Positions 26,690 to 42,700 of a stretch of 64,000 bases of DNA are shown here, piece by piece (the stretch's first letter is position 1; each line of letters begins with the position of its first letter). The stretch is from NCBI GenBank assembly GCA_021613535.1, contig CP075497.1, positions 8,157,488 through 8,221,487 of the forward strand, given 5' to 3'. This DNA comes from Adineta vaga (taxonomy: Eukaryota > Animalia > Rotifera). Position numbers and translations under genes: made by a program. The notes under the pieces are model-generated. The model did no database searches. It was given only the letters and a program-made list of their open reading frames with translations, and was not told the DNA's origin.

Positions 26690-29372
26690 ATGGCAGACAC
26701 ACTGATTGATGACGAAACTATTGATGTTCGAACATCGTCGAATAGACCAGGAGCATCAACTACTAGTTCGCAAATAACAACGACGACACGTCGACCAATG
26801 TATATCGAAACTGAAGTACGTACCGATACGGTAACAACACGTCGAATGGCATCGGCTGCTGCTAACAGAAGCGTTCATGATGTACTTGAAAATACCAAAT
26901 CGCCAACTCTGTATGTATTTGTTTTCAATTAAGTTCTTTTTCTCTATTCAAGTATTGTTTTCTTTTGCTAGTGATCGACCACCGACAAGTTATTCTTACT
27001 CTCAAGGGTATGTAGATTTAAACTATTATTTTCAATGATAAGTCTTGCCTTAAGATAGAATTGAACTTCTTTTTCTGTTTTCTCGAAAAGTTCATTGTTA
27101 GTGATTTCTGATGGGCATTATCATAATCGAAAGTAATTAAGAAATTTAAACAAGTACATCGTATCGAATGATTTGAAGCTTAAGAAAATGAGCTTTAAAT
27201 TGAATACCTTAGAGCGATAAAAAAAATAGCTCGAGGCTAAATGTATAAAAATATTGAGCTATCATTCATCACCATCATATATTCTTTCTAGTGCATTAAT
27301 ATCTTTTGTTCTTTAGCAATTCATATGCACCTGGGTCACGGTCTGGTGCATACGACATTTCTGCCGCATCTCGACGTAGTTCACATGGCGGCTATCAAAA
27401 TGGTACGGAATCCACTCTTGCATCAGCATTCTCATCACCATCTGAATTTTTGTCGACGGTTCGAACACAATTATCGAATGGTTATGATGCTGTCCGTGAT
27501 CGTATAACTCAGTTTACTGGTCATCACGGTTTAGCACCTAATTCACCAACACGTGGTTTAACAAGTGGTGGTTCACGATATACCCGTACATCATCTCAAT
27601 CATCGGCGACAGGTAGCCGATCGAAAGGATATAATCTTCGTTCGCGACCAGTTCATTCCACACCTCGAGATACTGATAGTGATCATACAAGTCATCGTAA
27701 AACAACAACAAAACATCGAAAAGAACATAATCAACAGGGTGAAATTGATGAAGAAGATGATGACGAAGAAGAAGAAGAAGAACATAAAGGTCCACAATCT
27801 TATTTAAATAGAGCAATTCATTATATTAAACGAGTTTTTCGTTCACCCATCGATATTTTTGATACTGTCTGGAATAAATTAAAAGCTTTACCATGGTGGT
27901 TACTTATACCACTTTTATTACTTGTTGCCCTTTTTACTAGTAAGTTTCTTTCACGCATTGAACCATTTCATCTATTGATATCTTTATTCTATTTTAGTAC
28001 CTCCTTTTGCTTGTAAACCATTAAAACATTTACTTCATCCTAAAGTAAATGATGCATGTCGCGATGTTCAACATTTGACAAAAGACTTAAGTGGTAGTAC
28101 GTATGATTTTACTCGTCGCCATACGTATGACCGTGGTGTTCGTAATCTTAAACAAGTTTATGGTTCAGCACAAGATCTAAAAAATTCAGTATTAAACTCG
28201 TTGAATGATGTTTATTATTCACTGAAACAAACTTTACGTGGTTCTGTGGGTGGCGTGAAAAATCGAGTTACTGATGCTGTTGAAACTACAGCAGAGAATG
28301 CAAAGGAATATTATGATGCTGGTATTCAAAAAGTCAACCATCTTATCGAAGAACTTAAACAAGAAAGAGAAAAAATTCTTGGAGCGTAAGTGATTTTTTT
28401 TGTCAAAATCGAATCACTGATTTATTCAATTCAATTCAATTCTATTTAGTCGACATACATTAAAACCCGATGAAGAAAAAGAATTATCAGCGGTATGTAA
28501 AACTTTAAAAAAGAAAAAGAACAAAGAATGAATTAAGATTTTTATTATAGATGGTTCGTAAATTAATCGATGAATATGCAGCCGATGAAACAGGTCAAGC
28601 AGATTTTGCACTTGAAGCTAATGGTAAATAAAACGAATATTAATCACATATCCAATAACCTCTTGATATGCATTTTTAGGAGGCAAAGTTGTTGATACAC
28701 GTTGTCATGAATACACCGATGAACCACGACAAAATGTTGTCAAATTTCTTGGTATTCCTATTGTTCATATGTCAAAACAACCTGATATTATCATCAAAGT
28801 AAATATTCTATTGTTTCTAAAATTCCTATAAATACAAACAATCTTTTTATTCAGCATGGACGTATGCCTGGTCAATGTTTTCCATTTAAAGGTGATCGTG
28901 GTAGTGTTGTCATTCGATTAGCTGTACCTGTTGTACCAACTGAATTCGTACTTGAACATTTATCGAAAAGTATTTCAATTGTTGGTCATATCAATAGTGC
29001 ACCGAATAATTTTACAGTTTATGCAAGTGCAATAACGAAAAAAAATCGTCATAGTATATATATATATTGTTTTTTCTTCAGGCTTTGAAAGATAAACATG
29101 ATAAAGAAGGTGTTGTTCTTGGTCGATATTTTTATGATGCAGAAAACGGTCCAGCTCTTCAGAGATTCAAACCTCAAGTATGTTGAAAATCGAGAAAATG
29201 CTTGAGAAATATTCATTATATATACATGTATCCCTTTTAGATTGCTAATATACCTGTTGTCGAATATATTGAAGTTCAAGTAACATCCAATTGGGGTAAT
29301 CCAAATTATACATGTTTATACAGATTTCGTGTACATGGCGACATGCAAACTGTCTCACCAACAGCTGCGTAG
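26690..29372 (+). CDS. SUN domain-containing nuclear envelope protein (gene span, about 9 exons)
   Basis: The start reads MADTLIDDETIDVRTSS... The N-terminal half is S/T/R-rich, followed by a transmembrane segment (LPWWLLIPLLLLVALFT) and a coiled-coil region (ORF 28075..28389). C-terminal exons encode HGRMPGQCFPFKGDRGSVVIRLAVPVVPTEFVLEHLSKSISIVGHINSAPNNFTVY / LGRYFYDAENGPALQRFKPQ / IANIPVVEYIEVQVTSNWGNPNYTCLYRFRVHGDM. That is the conserved Sad1/UNC-84 SUN domain, including the ...SNWG.P.YTC.YR.RVHG signature. Stop TAG is at 29370-29372. Confidence 0.8.
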
Positions 29373-30447
29373 AGAACACAGCAATTTGCTTTTGTTTTCC
29401 TAGAAAAAAAACTTTACTTTATGTCATCATTATAATCGTTCATATTGAATAGATTGTTTTGATGTTTATGTATTATTAATCTTTGTTCGTTTGTAAAACA
29501 TTAAAAAAAAGTACTCAGTTTTGTTTCTTGTATGATTATGTATTTAGCAAAATGCATTAACATTAAAAGACGCGTTTGAAATCTATAATCTAGACATTCT
29601 TTTTTCTTCTCTCTCTCTCTCTCCTCATTTCGTATATGTGTGCGTATTGTATTTGTTAAAATCTAGCGATTTTCATTCATTTGTCTATAACTTGTGTTCA
29701 TATGTGTGTAATTGTCGGTGTGCTTCTTCTCTATTTCTTTTCTCGTCGTCTAACATATATTTGAAAATAAAAATCTAGACGTTTTGCAACTAACAGCAAG
29801 AGATTAATGATTTGATTTGATTTGAAAGAAAAGTTTGATGATTGAGTTTCCTGCGACGATGAAGACATACTGAGCTATTATTCTTTGATGGTATTATAGT
29901 CTAATAAATCTCAATTTAATACTATTACGTATGATCGAATTATTTGGTTTATGTTCAAACATTACAATTATTTTTTGTCTGAAAAATAAATCATTGTCAT
30001 AGATATATCGATTAGATAATAATTAATTTAATACGCTTTCATCTTGTCTTCATAAGATTTTGCAAAACATTTTGTCATGTGGTGCAACTAGGTTAAATCA
30101 CAAACATCTACCAAAAAGATTACATATCCCATTTGAAATTAATAAAATTTCATCTCGAAGCCGTAATACTAGTTAGTTTCTCAATGCAAAAAGCAATTTG
30201 GAGTTATTTTTATGATTGTGCAAGAACATAAAAAACGCAGCCAAGAGAGTGAAACATAGATTTCAATTCTATTTCTTTTCTTCCTTTCTCTCATTTTGTT
30301 TCCAACGGGGTAAACTTGCACAATGTTTTGAAAACTATTTTACCATTTAACATGCAACATTTTCTTAACATTCTCTGCAGATTATAAAAGCTCATCAAGT
30401 TCTCTTCTACATACATCATTACTGATACGTCGACAGTAGTTATCACT

Positions 30448-33400
30448 ATGAGTAAAACGACAACAACAACAAGTACCGAAAATAAAATTGTTTCTGGTCC
30501 AGTTTACCGTATTCCACCATATCATTATATTCATGTTTTGGATCAAAATACGAATGTAACACGATTAGAAATTGGTCCAAAAACATTTATTAAACAAGAC
30601 AATGAATCAGTTATTTTTGGACCAGAAAAAATGATTACAGTTCCGTATGTATTTCTGTCTAAATTGATATAAAAATAAATCTAAAGATAAAATTTTTTGT
30701 AGACCACGTCATTATTGTGTTGTGGAATCACCAGTTGTACGTAATGAAGCAGGCGAAGTTGAATTTGATAAAAATGGTCAAGCAAAATTGATCCATGCAG
30801 ATTTGGATATTCGTCTTGCACGAGCTGATCAAGCTCCATTTCCTCTCTATCCTGGTGAAGTTCTTCGACAAGTATAAATTTCGAACGTTTTGTCAGATGA
30901 AAGTAGAACAATGTTTGTTATATTCTATGTTTAGCCTGTCACTCCATTAAAAGTTGTTCCAGCTAATTCAGCTTTACGATTAAAAGCTGTACTTGATTTT
31001 GACGATGAAACAACAAATGAACAACGACGTGCTGGCGATGAATGGTTATTTGAAGGTCCAGCAACTTACATTCCTCGTAAAGAAGTTAGTGTCGAAGAAC
31101 AAATTCGCGCCACTGTAATTGGTTCTAATCAAGCTATTCGACTTTGTGCTAAAAAAGAAATTAATGATCGAACAGGTCAAAAACGTGTCACTGGCGAAGA
31201 ATGGTTGGTTAAGAAAACTGGTGCTTATTTACCACTTGCTTATGTAAGTTTTAATGGAAAAATTTCTTTCTGTATGAAATATTTATTATTATCATCGAAA
31301 ATTTTTAGGAAACAGTTGTTTCAGTAGAAAATGCTTATGTTTTAACTGATAAGAAAGCACTTCATCTCCGTGCATTAAAAACATTTACTGATGATTTTGG
31401 TAAAGTACGTATGAATGGTGAAGAATGGCTTGTTACTCTTGTCGATACAGAAACACATATTTTGAGTGTGTATGAACAATTAGTTGCTGTTGTTGATGTA
31501 ATCACATTGAGTTCTCGACAATATTGTGTTATTATTGACCCAGTAGAAGATGGAAAACCACAATTAGGAAAAAAGGTTTGTAATGAAACAACCTTTTATT
31601 TATTCGAAATTAATTATATGTGATTTTCTTTTCGGTTTAAATAGAAACTTGTTGTGGGCGAAAAATCATTTTTTCTTCAACCAGGTGAAAAATTAGAAAA
31701 TGGTATTCAAGATGTTTATATATTAGGTGAAGATGAGGGTGTCATTCTCAAATGTATCGAAGCATTTGAAGATGAACAAGCTAAAACTAATCGAAATCCT
31801 GGTGATCGATGGATGATTCGTGGACCAACGTAAGACTTGAGATAATCATTGAAATTCCAATCTATTTCTATGTTCATTTCAGTGAATATATTCCTCCAAC
31901 ACAAGTAGAAGTTGTTACACGTCGAAAAGCAATTCCTCTAGATGAAAATGAAGGTATCTATGTTCGTGATATAAAAACTGGTCGTGTAAGAGCTGTTGTG
32001 GGTGAAACATATATGTTAACACAAGATGAAGAACTTTGGCAAAAAGATTTACCTAAACAAGTTGAAGATTTATTAACACGCGATGCATTAGTTGATCGCA
32101 ATATTCCAACACGTAATCAAACATCTGATAAAAATCAATCTCAACAAAATACAACTACTTCAAAATCAAGTTCAACGAAACGTGATAAATCAAAACTTGT
32201 CACTTATCGTGTTCCACATAATGCTTGCGTACAAATTTATGATTATAAAGCTAAAAAAGCACGAATTGTTTTCGGTCCTGAACTTGTTATGCTTGGACCT
32301 GATGAACAATTTACATTACTTTCTTTAAGTGGTTGTGTTCCAAAGAAACCTAATCAAATCCAATCACTCTGTTTACTTCTTGGTCCTGATTTTTTTACTG
32401 ATGTAATTGTAATTGAAACAGCAGATCATGCACGTTTATCTCTTCAACTTTCATACAATTGGCATTTTCAAGTAGCGGATGTGACTGATGAAAAGGAAGC
32501 AGCAAAATTATTTTCCGTACCAGATTTTGTTGGCGATGCAGCTAAAGCCATTGCTTCTCGTGTTCGTGGCGTTGTTGCAGGAACACAATTTGATGATTTT
32601 CATAAGAATTCTGCTCAAATCATTCGTGCAGCTGTCTTCGGTCTTGATACTCATCAGCATGTACGTGATCAATTAGTTTTCCCACAAAACAATCTTGCTA
32701 TCACCTCCATTGATATTCAAAGTGTTGAACCTGTTGATCAACGAACACGTGATGCACTTCAAAAGAGTGTTCAATTAGCCATTGAAGTAAGTGATCTATG
32801 TGTATATATACTAAATGATTGGTAATATGAATGAATAATTTAGATTACAACTAATTCACAAGAAGCTGCTGCTAAACATGAAGCTTCTCGTCGAGAACAA
32901 GAAGCTAAAGGTTTATTAGAACGACAACGTATTAAAGATGAAGCTGATGCGGAAGAAGTTCGAAAACAACTTCTAGAATTACAAGCTCTATCAGCTGCTG
33001 TTGAATCAACTGGTCAAGCTAAAGCAGAAGCTCAAAGTCGTGCTGAATCAGCACGAATTGAAGGAGAAGCGGCTGTTGAGCAAGGTAAAAGAAAATAGAA
33101 GAAGAAAGAGATTTTTATTAATTGTGTTAAATTGTTATTCTTACTTTTAATAGCTCGTCTTAAAGCTGAAGCTACACGTATCGAAGCTGAAGCAGAATTA
33201 TCACGTTTGAAATTAGCTCGTGAAGCTGAAATCAAATTTGTACGTGATCAAAATGAATTGGAAATTGGAAAGAAAGGTGAAATGTCAAGAATTGAAACTG
33301 AAAAATTCAAATTACAAGTGGAATCAATTGGTGCAGAAACAATTCAGTCGATTGCTACGTCTGGTCCTGACACTCAAGTTAAACTTTTACAAGCACTTGG

Positions 33401-33554
33401 CCTTCAATCAATGTTGGTTACTGATGGACATACACCTATCAATCTTATGGGTTTTGGACAAGGTTTATTAGGTGGTTTAAATGGAAATATGAAAAATAAA
33501 TCGAGAACAACAACAGCTAGTTCAGCCAACTACCGTGTCCATGAAGAAGATTAA
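30448..33554 (+). CDS. MVP: Major vault protein, paralog 1 (gene span, about 9 exons, introns 50-70 bp)
   Basis: Exon 1 is [66 protein letters not shown]. Later exons encode [15 protein letters not shown]...[22 protein letters not shown], then the MVP repeat domains ([51 protein letters not shown]), then the shoulder region ([42 protein letters not shown]...[44 protein letters not shown]...[35 protein letters not shown]), and finally the C-terminal coiled coil. Alignable to vertebrate MVP along its whole length. Stop is at 33552-33554, with AATAAA about 135 nt downstream. Confidence 0.93.
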
Positions 33555-34330
33555 ATATCAACAATGATCTTTTCTTAAAGTAAAAGAAATGAACATGAGC
33601 CGTCCTTGTATTCGTTCGTATTGTTAATGTATGTTTTTTGTCAAAGAAATTTAGTATGAATTTATTTATAAAAATATCTATATGATCAAATAAAGATTAA
33701 AGTATTTTTTCGTATATAAAATCTTCTTATTATTCGATTTGTTGTGTACTTTTAATACAATGAAAAGAAAACAGAAGAATTTATAAGTTGTTTAACTTGC
33801 TACGAGCACACATACATTTTCTTGCTGCGAACAGTTTTGTTTTTATTCCTTTTGAAAGAAATAAGTCGTACAACAGCTTTGATAGATACTTCGAATTTCT
33901 ATGAAATGTCAAACTACGCGTGACATTTTTGAATAGATTCCATGCGAGTTTTTTTTGTAAAATATTGAAAAAAATCGAATGAAGTCTACTAATTCACCAC
34001 TAAAATATGTTTTTTGATAAAAATATACTGTTCAATACAACTTCAATGGACAATAATAATCTACAAGAAATTTTTCATATTCGTCAAGATAACTTATTTC
34101 AATATAGATCAATTAGTTTTATGAGTTCGAACAGTTTCTTGGAGATAAATATAATAGTGATGATCGATTAAATTTTCAATATAATGATCAAATAAACATT
34201 TATTTTTTCCGAATTAATGAAAGAAAAATACAAATTTTTAATGGCAAAATCTGACATATCTCAGGTCTACACAATTACATAAATATAAAACTCAATAATT
34301 TTCTAAAACATGGTTTCTTTTTTCGTCTCT

Positions 34331-37300
34331 TTAAGAACTTGTTGATGTACCAACTAAATCCACTGCAGTATTGAATAGATTAATTGGACTACGTCCATCC
34401 GTGATCAATGTTGATTTTATACCAAGAGCTTGAAGAAGTTTAACCTAAATAGATAATATGCAATTAGAAATATTTGGAAAAACAGAATTTTATATGGAAT
34501 CTTTACTTGATTATCTGGTCCACTAGTAGCAATAGCTTGTATAGTTTTTGGTCCAATAGCCGTTACATGTTCTTTGAATTCTTCGATTTCAATATTGGCT
34601 AATCGTTTAGCTTTATTAATTTCAAGATCAGAAACTAATTTCGAATAACTTAATTCTAATTCACGTGATTGTGTTAATCGAAAAAGTTCAATATCAGTTT
34701 CGATTTTCACTGCTTGAGCACGAAGAGTGGCTAAAAATCAATATATATATATATGAATCAAGCTAAACTATAGAGAATATATCAAGCAAACCTTGTTCAA
34801 CAGCAGCTTCTCCTTCAATTTTTGCTGCTTCAGCTCGTGATTGAGCTTCAGCACGTGACTGACCGGTGGATTCAACAGCAGATGAAAGTGCTTGTAGTTG
34901 TAATAGATTTCGACGTGCTTTTTCAGCTATTTAAAATAAAAAATATTAATATATAAATTCAAAAGATAACTTATATTTACCTTCTGCTTCATCAGCAATT
35001 TTCTGTCGTTCTAAATGACCTTTGGCTTCTTGTTCCGTTCGTGAAGCTGTGTGTCTATAAGAACAAAACTTTCGAACTATTGAAATTCTTCTATGAAAAA
35101 GTCAACTTACTTGGCTTGAGCTTCTTGTGAATTAGTTGTAATCTAAATTATTCATTCATATTACCAATCATTTAGTATATATACACATAGATCACTTACT
35201 TCAATGGCTAATTGAACACTCTTTTGAAGTGCATCACGTGTTCGTTGATCGACAGGTTCAACACTTTGAATATCAATAGATGTGAGAACGAGGTTATTTT
35301 GGGAGAAGACGAGTCTATGATTAACACGTTTATCTTCATTAAGACCAAAGACAGCTGTACGAATAATTTTCGCTGAATTTTTATGAAAATCATCAAAAGA
35401 AATGCTTGCAACTGCTCCACGAATTTTTGCTGCAACTGCTTTACAAAAATCACCAATAAAATCTGGTACAGAAAATACTTTTGCAATTTCTCTTTCATCA
35501 CTATAATCCTTGATCTAAATAATCGATAACAGATTCTATTTGTTTTTCATTCAAATGACAAATCTTACTTCAAAATGCCAATTATATGATAGTCGAAGTG
35601 ATAGACGAGCATGATCACTTGATTCAATCGTTACAGTATCACTTGAAAATTCCGGTCCCAATAATAAACAAATCGCACGAATTTTATTTGGTACTTTAGG
35701 TTTTTCACCGGATAAATTCAAGACTGTAAATTGTTCATCAGGTCCAAGCATAACAAGTTCAGGACCGAAAACAATTCGTGCTTTTTTAGCTTTATAATCG
35801 TAAATTTGTACGCAAGCGTTATGTGGAACACGATAATTAACTACTTTTGATTTATCCCTAGCTGGTATATTGATTGATGCAATTGATTTATCTTCAAATG
35901 ATCGAGGATCTTGAAGAAGAAGTTGTTCAACTTGTTTAGGTAAATCTTTTTCCCAAAGTTCTTCATTTTCAGTTAAGAGATAAGTGCTGCCGATAACGGA
36001 ACGAATTTTACCCGTTTTAACATCTCGAACATAGATTCCTTCATTAACATCTAATGGTATAGCTTTACGACGAAGTACAACAGCAGCTTCAACTGCTGGA
36101 ATATAATCTTTTGGACCACGAACCATCCAACGATCACCAGGATTACGAATAACTTTCTATATCACAAAAAAAAAATATCATAAAGAAATGAAAGTAAACT
36201 TAGACGTACCCCATCTTCTTTGAATGATTCAATACAACGAAGGATTAAACCTTCATCTTCTTCAAGTACATACACATCTTGAATACCATCAGCTAACTTT
36301 TCACCAGGTTGAAGAAAGAATGTTTTTTCTCCCTGAAGAAAAAGAAATATTAACATCTAATTTCATTTTATACTTTAGAAAATATCTTACTTTCACAAGT
36401 TTTCTTTTTCCAAGTTGAGGTTTACCATCCGAACCTATTGGATTGACGATGACACAATACTGACGTGAATTTAAAATCGTAACAGAGACGATACCAACAA
36501 CCTAGACAAAATTTTATTATTTACTTTTACTTATCTCTCAAAAATGAATTGATTTTTATCTACCTCTTCATAAACATCTGGAATGTATGTTTCAGTATCA
36601 CTCGCATAGACTAACCATTCTTCACCATGAAGACGTTTACGTTTTAATGAATCAATAAATGTGCCCAATGCTCGAACATGTAACGCTTTCTATAAAACAA
36701 GAAAGATATAATGATGAAAATTAGACTAGATCTCAAATACTTTATCGGTTAGAACATAAGCTTGAACTGTGGAAACAACTTCTTCGTAAGCTAATGGTAA
36801 ATAAGAGCCATTTGTACGATTGAGCCATTCTTCACCTGTTTGTCGTTGAATGTCATCACGATCAATCATTTCTTTTTTTGCACGTAAACGAACAGCTTCA
36901 TTCGGTTTAAGAATAACTGCTTTAATTTGTTCTTCAACACTAACTTCTTTACGTGGAAAATAAGTTCCTGAAAAAGAAAATATAAAACTTGATTTTATGA
37001 TTTCAAAATATAATCGAATTCTTTTCTACCTGGCCCATAGAAGAGAAATTCATCTCCTGCACGGATTTGTTGATCTTGATCATCGACGAAATCTAAAACA
37101 GCACGAAGACGTAATGCACAATTTGGTTCAATAACTTTCAATGGTGTTATTGTTTGTTTAAGTATTTCACCAGGATAGAGAGGAAATGGTTCTTGAGCAA
37201 AACGAATATCAACATCAGAATGTAATAGTTTAATTTGACCATTGGTATCTGTTACAACTTGACCATTTTTATTACGAATAGCTGGATTTTCCACAACACA

Positions 37301-37604
37301 ATAATGACGAGGTCTATACAGATGCAAATAAAATGGCATAGAAAAAAAACATCAACTCATGAATTTCAGACATACGGAATGATCAACATGCGTTCTGGTC
37401 CAAGAATAACTTTCTCATGATCTTGTTTTACAAATGTTTTTGGACCAACTTCAATTCGAGTTACATTTGTATTTTGATCCAAAACATGGATATAGTAAAA
37501 TGGTGGAATTCGATAAACTAAAATATCAATATCTTTAAAGATAAGAACAACAACGAATAAAATATTATGTTCTTACCACCACCCGTAGTCTTTGTATCGG
37601 ACAT
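34331..37604 (-). CDS. MVP: Major vault protein, paralog 2 (gene span, convergent with paralog 1)
   Basis: Minus-strand start is MSDTKTTGG. Exons then read [43 protein letters not shown]; [95 protein letters not shown]; the middle exon of ORF 35551..36126 ([49 protein letters not shown]...); and a C-terminal coiled coil ending ...[37 protein letters not shown]. Same domain order as paralog 1, but clearly diverged in both protein and DNA sequence. Confidence 0.9.
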
Positions 37605-38355
37605 ATTTATTCTTTTGCGACTGATTTATGTCTGAGAGTAGAAAAGATTCTTACAAGCCCTTTTATTTAGAAGAATGAATGTCGACACACGTATGACATG
37701 TTGTGTATATGAAATAGGAAATAACGGGGTTGTGTAGGAGAACATCTTTTTCAATTCAATTGTGCAATGACACAAGTAGAATTGCACGATCAACTTAAAA
37801 AAACAAGAAATTCTTAGATAAAAATTGCAGTTTATTCCCATTGTCAAGCAAGAAAAGGGTTAGAGAACAGAAAAGAAAGAGAGTGAATAAGAGAAGAACG
37901 AAAAAAAACATCACCTTATAATTTAGTATTGCATTTTTTTGACGAAAAGTTTGAAAATCTATTCTTTTCATACGATGGTGAAACTCATCTTTTATTGATC
38001 ATCGAGGTATGACCGATATATTGTGCAAATGATTGAATAGTGATAAAAGAACATCTCATTTCACTAAAATAGAAAGATTATATGAAAGTCAAAGTAATCA
38101 ATACAGTTCAGAATACATGAACGTATTTTTTTGTTTAAACAGTAAAACTATTCTTTTAAGAAGTTTTTCTTTCATTTATGATTATTTTATTTTATTTAAC
38201 AAACACATTCCTATCATAATAAAACAGAAGTTTCTTTCAACAACATTAGATAAAAATAACAAATAGTAGTGAAATATGATTCGCTTTATACAATTAACCA
38301 ATAAAATGATATTGAAATCGTATATAATTTCTTAAACTTCTTTCATTGCTATTTA

Positions 38356-39706
<1,351 letters not shown>

Positions 39707-42700
39707 GAATAATGTTAAAATAATAGAATAGTTAAGTACATATTCTCACAGAATATGATAGAAAATAGAAATATGTATCACAGATAGATACTTGTCGAAA
39801 ATAATGAGACAAATAACAATCTAGTTTTGTTTGATAAGTTATTTCGTTTCAAACATTTTAAGCATATATAAATACATACATGCTTGTGCTTGCTTTGCTT
39901 TGCTTAAATATTATAGCTTTAATCGAAAGAACAGTTCCGATTGGCTGTTAAATATGCGCAGTGGTTATGAGTGGTATAGATGGTGTGCTCTATTCATCTC
40001 ATCATTCATCATTTGTAATATAAAATGTAAGTTAAATCTTCCGACTATCTTTCTAATAAAAAATTTGAGATAGAATAGTAAATAGAAACTTGATCAATAT
40101 GATTTATACAGTAAATTAATTTTCGTTTATATTCATTATTTATCTTCTATCAACATTTGAATTTCGACCTAAGATACGAGTAGTACAAGATATGTTCTTC
40201 AACAGATAGTTACGAGTAATTAATTTAGTTCGAAGCATATAATTCAGCTCTTTAGCTTTTACTTGAGATACTTAAAGATTGATGTTTATCAATAATTATA
40301 TTAGAAAAAATAAGAGAAAAGAAGATTTTTTTGACAATCTCATACCACTATCTAGCTGCAATATCCAGGAATTCTGTCTAGGCATATTAGCATACAATTT
40401 TCTTTTGATTTCATATCAAATAAAAGCAGAACGATGTTTCTTGCTTCTAACACTCTATCTCTCAACAACATACATGACCGCGTGAAGTTTTAATGTGTTA
40501 ATATTAAATCTTTTGTTCACCACTGACATGTACTGGTGAAAAGTGCATTCTCATTGTCGCTATGAACTAATTATGTCATCTTTCAATGTTCTCATCTATG
40601 AATGAAGTATTACTTCTATCCTTGTGATTTTTTAATTAGATGATATGTTTTTTTTCTAGTGCAACGTGAGATAGTCTATTCCGAAATTGGTCGTTTTGAG
40701 GAGTACATTGTAATGAAGTTAATTCCATGTAGAAGAATAAAATTGTCTCAATCTGAAACAATATACATTGACAAGAAATTACAAGACAGGAATGGCCACA
40801 TATTGATAGACGGAAATAATAAGAATGTAGGTGTGAATTAAAAAACAAAATCGGAATATACTATCATATAAAAAGAAAGGTAAAAGTAGACAGATATGAA
40901 ATAGCTACATAAGATATTGTAATATATTCATAGATACTTCGTTTACTTTCTCTAACAGCAATCTCTAGACTAAGTAGTCATTTGTTTTAATATTTTTAGT
41001 TGATTATTTTCCAGCTCATCAATCATGTCAAAATTAATTCGCATTCATTTACTGGTATATTGAATAGAATTGAATATAGTTCAGGAATTTTTCTTTCGAC
41101 ATCTTGTTCAATTAATTAGAAAAGTCTTTTCTGACACTTTTAAACAATATTCTTCTCGAATAAAATTGTAAGCGTTAAATCATACGAGGTTTATGTGAGA
41201 CGTACAAAAGGGCAAATATTTGTTCCGAGTAAGTTTTATAGAAGAAAAAAAAGGTTTCTGTTTGTTTGAGTGCTGAATTTATAATAGCATTGAATATTGC
41301 AGTGACAATTCGAAAGAGAGTTGACAACTACACAATCATTTAAGATAAGAATAGAAAATTTTTACTCAAAATATTCAATATGGTAAGTGTACTCTGTGAT
41401 TAATCATCTGCATTCTATCAGTTTGTTGAATATTTTGATCATGTGGAAATTGCTTTTTTGTTCTTAATCGAAGAAAAGATTAGAAATTTTCTATGAGATT
41501 TATTCCATCTAGGTTAGCGAAGATTTAATCATTCTGAATATTCATCACAGAGAAAAAATATTTTACACTTTTCTGTTTTTATTTCAGCCTAGATTTCTTA
41601 TTAATAGAACTAGTTCATTCTTAGTGCATTAATATCGTTACTAAAGCGCAGTACGTTAAGAAAATAATAATGTACGTCAAATCACTGTAGACATATGCTT
41701 TACGAATTCTATTTGTTCTTGGAAGAACCATCCATTAGAAAAAGTACTCTTATTTGTGCTATTTTTGCACGAACATAAGTCAACAAGAATAGAACTCATG
41801 TTGTTAGTATTTATGCATGAAAGATGTTCATCATATCGTTCTATTTTTATTTGAATTGATAGATATATAACGTGATGAAGTAGCATTGAGATGAATAAGT
41901 ATCACAAAATGCGCTCTTCATTCTAAGTATATAATACAGTGTTTCTTTTTGATAATTAAAATATGGTAAATAAGAAGTAAGAAAATTTAATTGATGATCC
42001 TCTTAATAACTATGTTTATTTCCATAAGTCGTTTGATGAAGAGATAATATACAGTGCACACAATAAGTTACATAAATGAAAAGTTCAAAAGTAGTTGTGT
42101 ATATAGTATGTTTTTTTATTATTATTTTGAAGTTTATACTCAAATCACCTTGAGCATGCATTGCATGCAGTTAATATGGTATCATGAAGGAATAGTTCCT
42201 TGTTAAGTCATTAGCGTATATCAGAATTACATAACGACTAGATGAAGTTTATAGAAAAAGCACGTGAATAATTGCGAATATATTTGAACTTAGAATGCAA
42301 GTAGAAAGAATTTAAGTGATTTATATCTCTTTTGGAATTAATGTAACATAGGTCTTAGAGTTTACGGAGTGAAAAACATTCATGGTATATTTAACGGATA
42401 ATCAAACAAGTTACTGAGTTCAGAAATAGGAGAAGATTTTGATGTAGTTCTATTATTCAGACGGATCATCTCGTTTTCAATGTCAAGAAGTTTCTAGAAA
42501 TCTTTTAAAGAATATTTTGTTATTAACAACAAATAAATTATAATCAAATAATTGATGTGACAAAGTTTATCGTTATTTTGTAAAAATTTATAGAAACCAG
42601 AGCTCAATATGTTCATTCTCACTTATTCGAACGAAAGAAGATTTAAAATGTTTTGATAAGAAAAAAAATAACACAGACATAGAACTGAATAATATTATTA

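Noticed and set aside
27325-27816. Several overlapping ORFs on both strands (27325..27507, 27538..27816, 27565..27807, 27600..27797)
   Set aside because: All lie within the large S/T/R-rich exon of the SUN-domain gene (ORF 27306..28016) and are low-complexity alternative frames.
32092-32676. ORFs 32092..32328 and 32488..32676 inside the MVP gene
   Set aside because: These are out-of-frame readings inside the long MVP shoulder-domain exon (31809..32825 frame).
30448-37604. Possibility that the inverted MVP pair is an assembly artefact (palindromic misjoin)
   Set aside because: The two copies differ extensively in DNA and protein (different N-termini, an S/T/Q-rich insertion in paralog 1 only, different C-termini), so they are not a mirrored duplicate of one locus.
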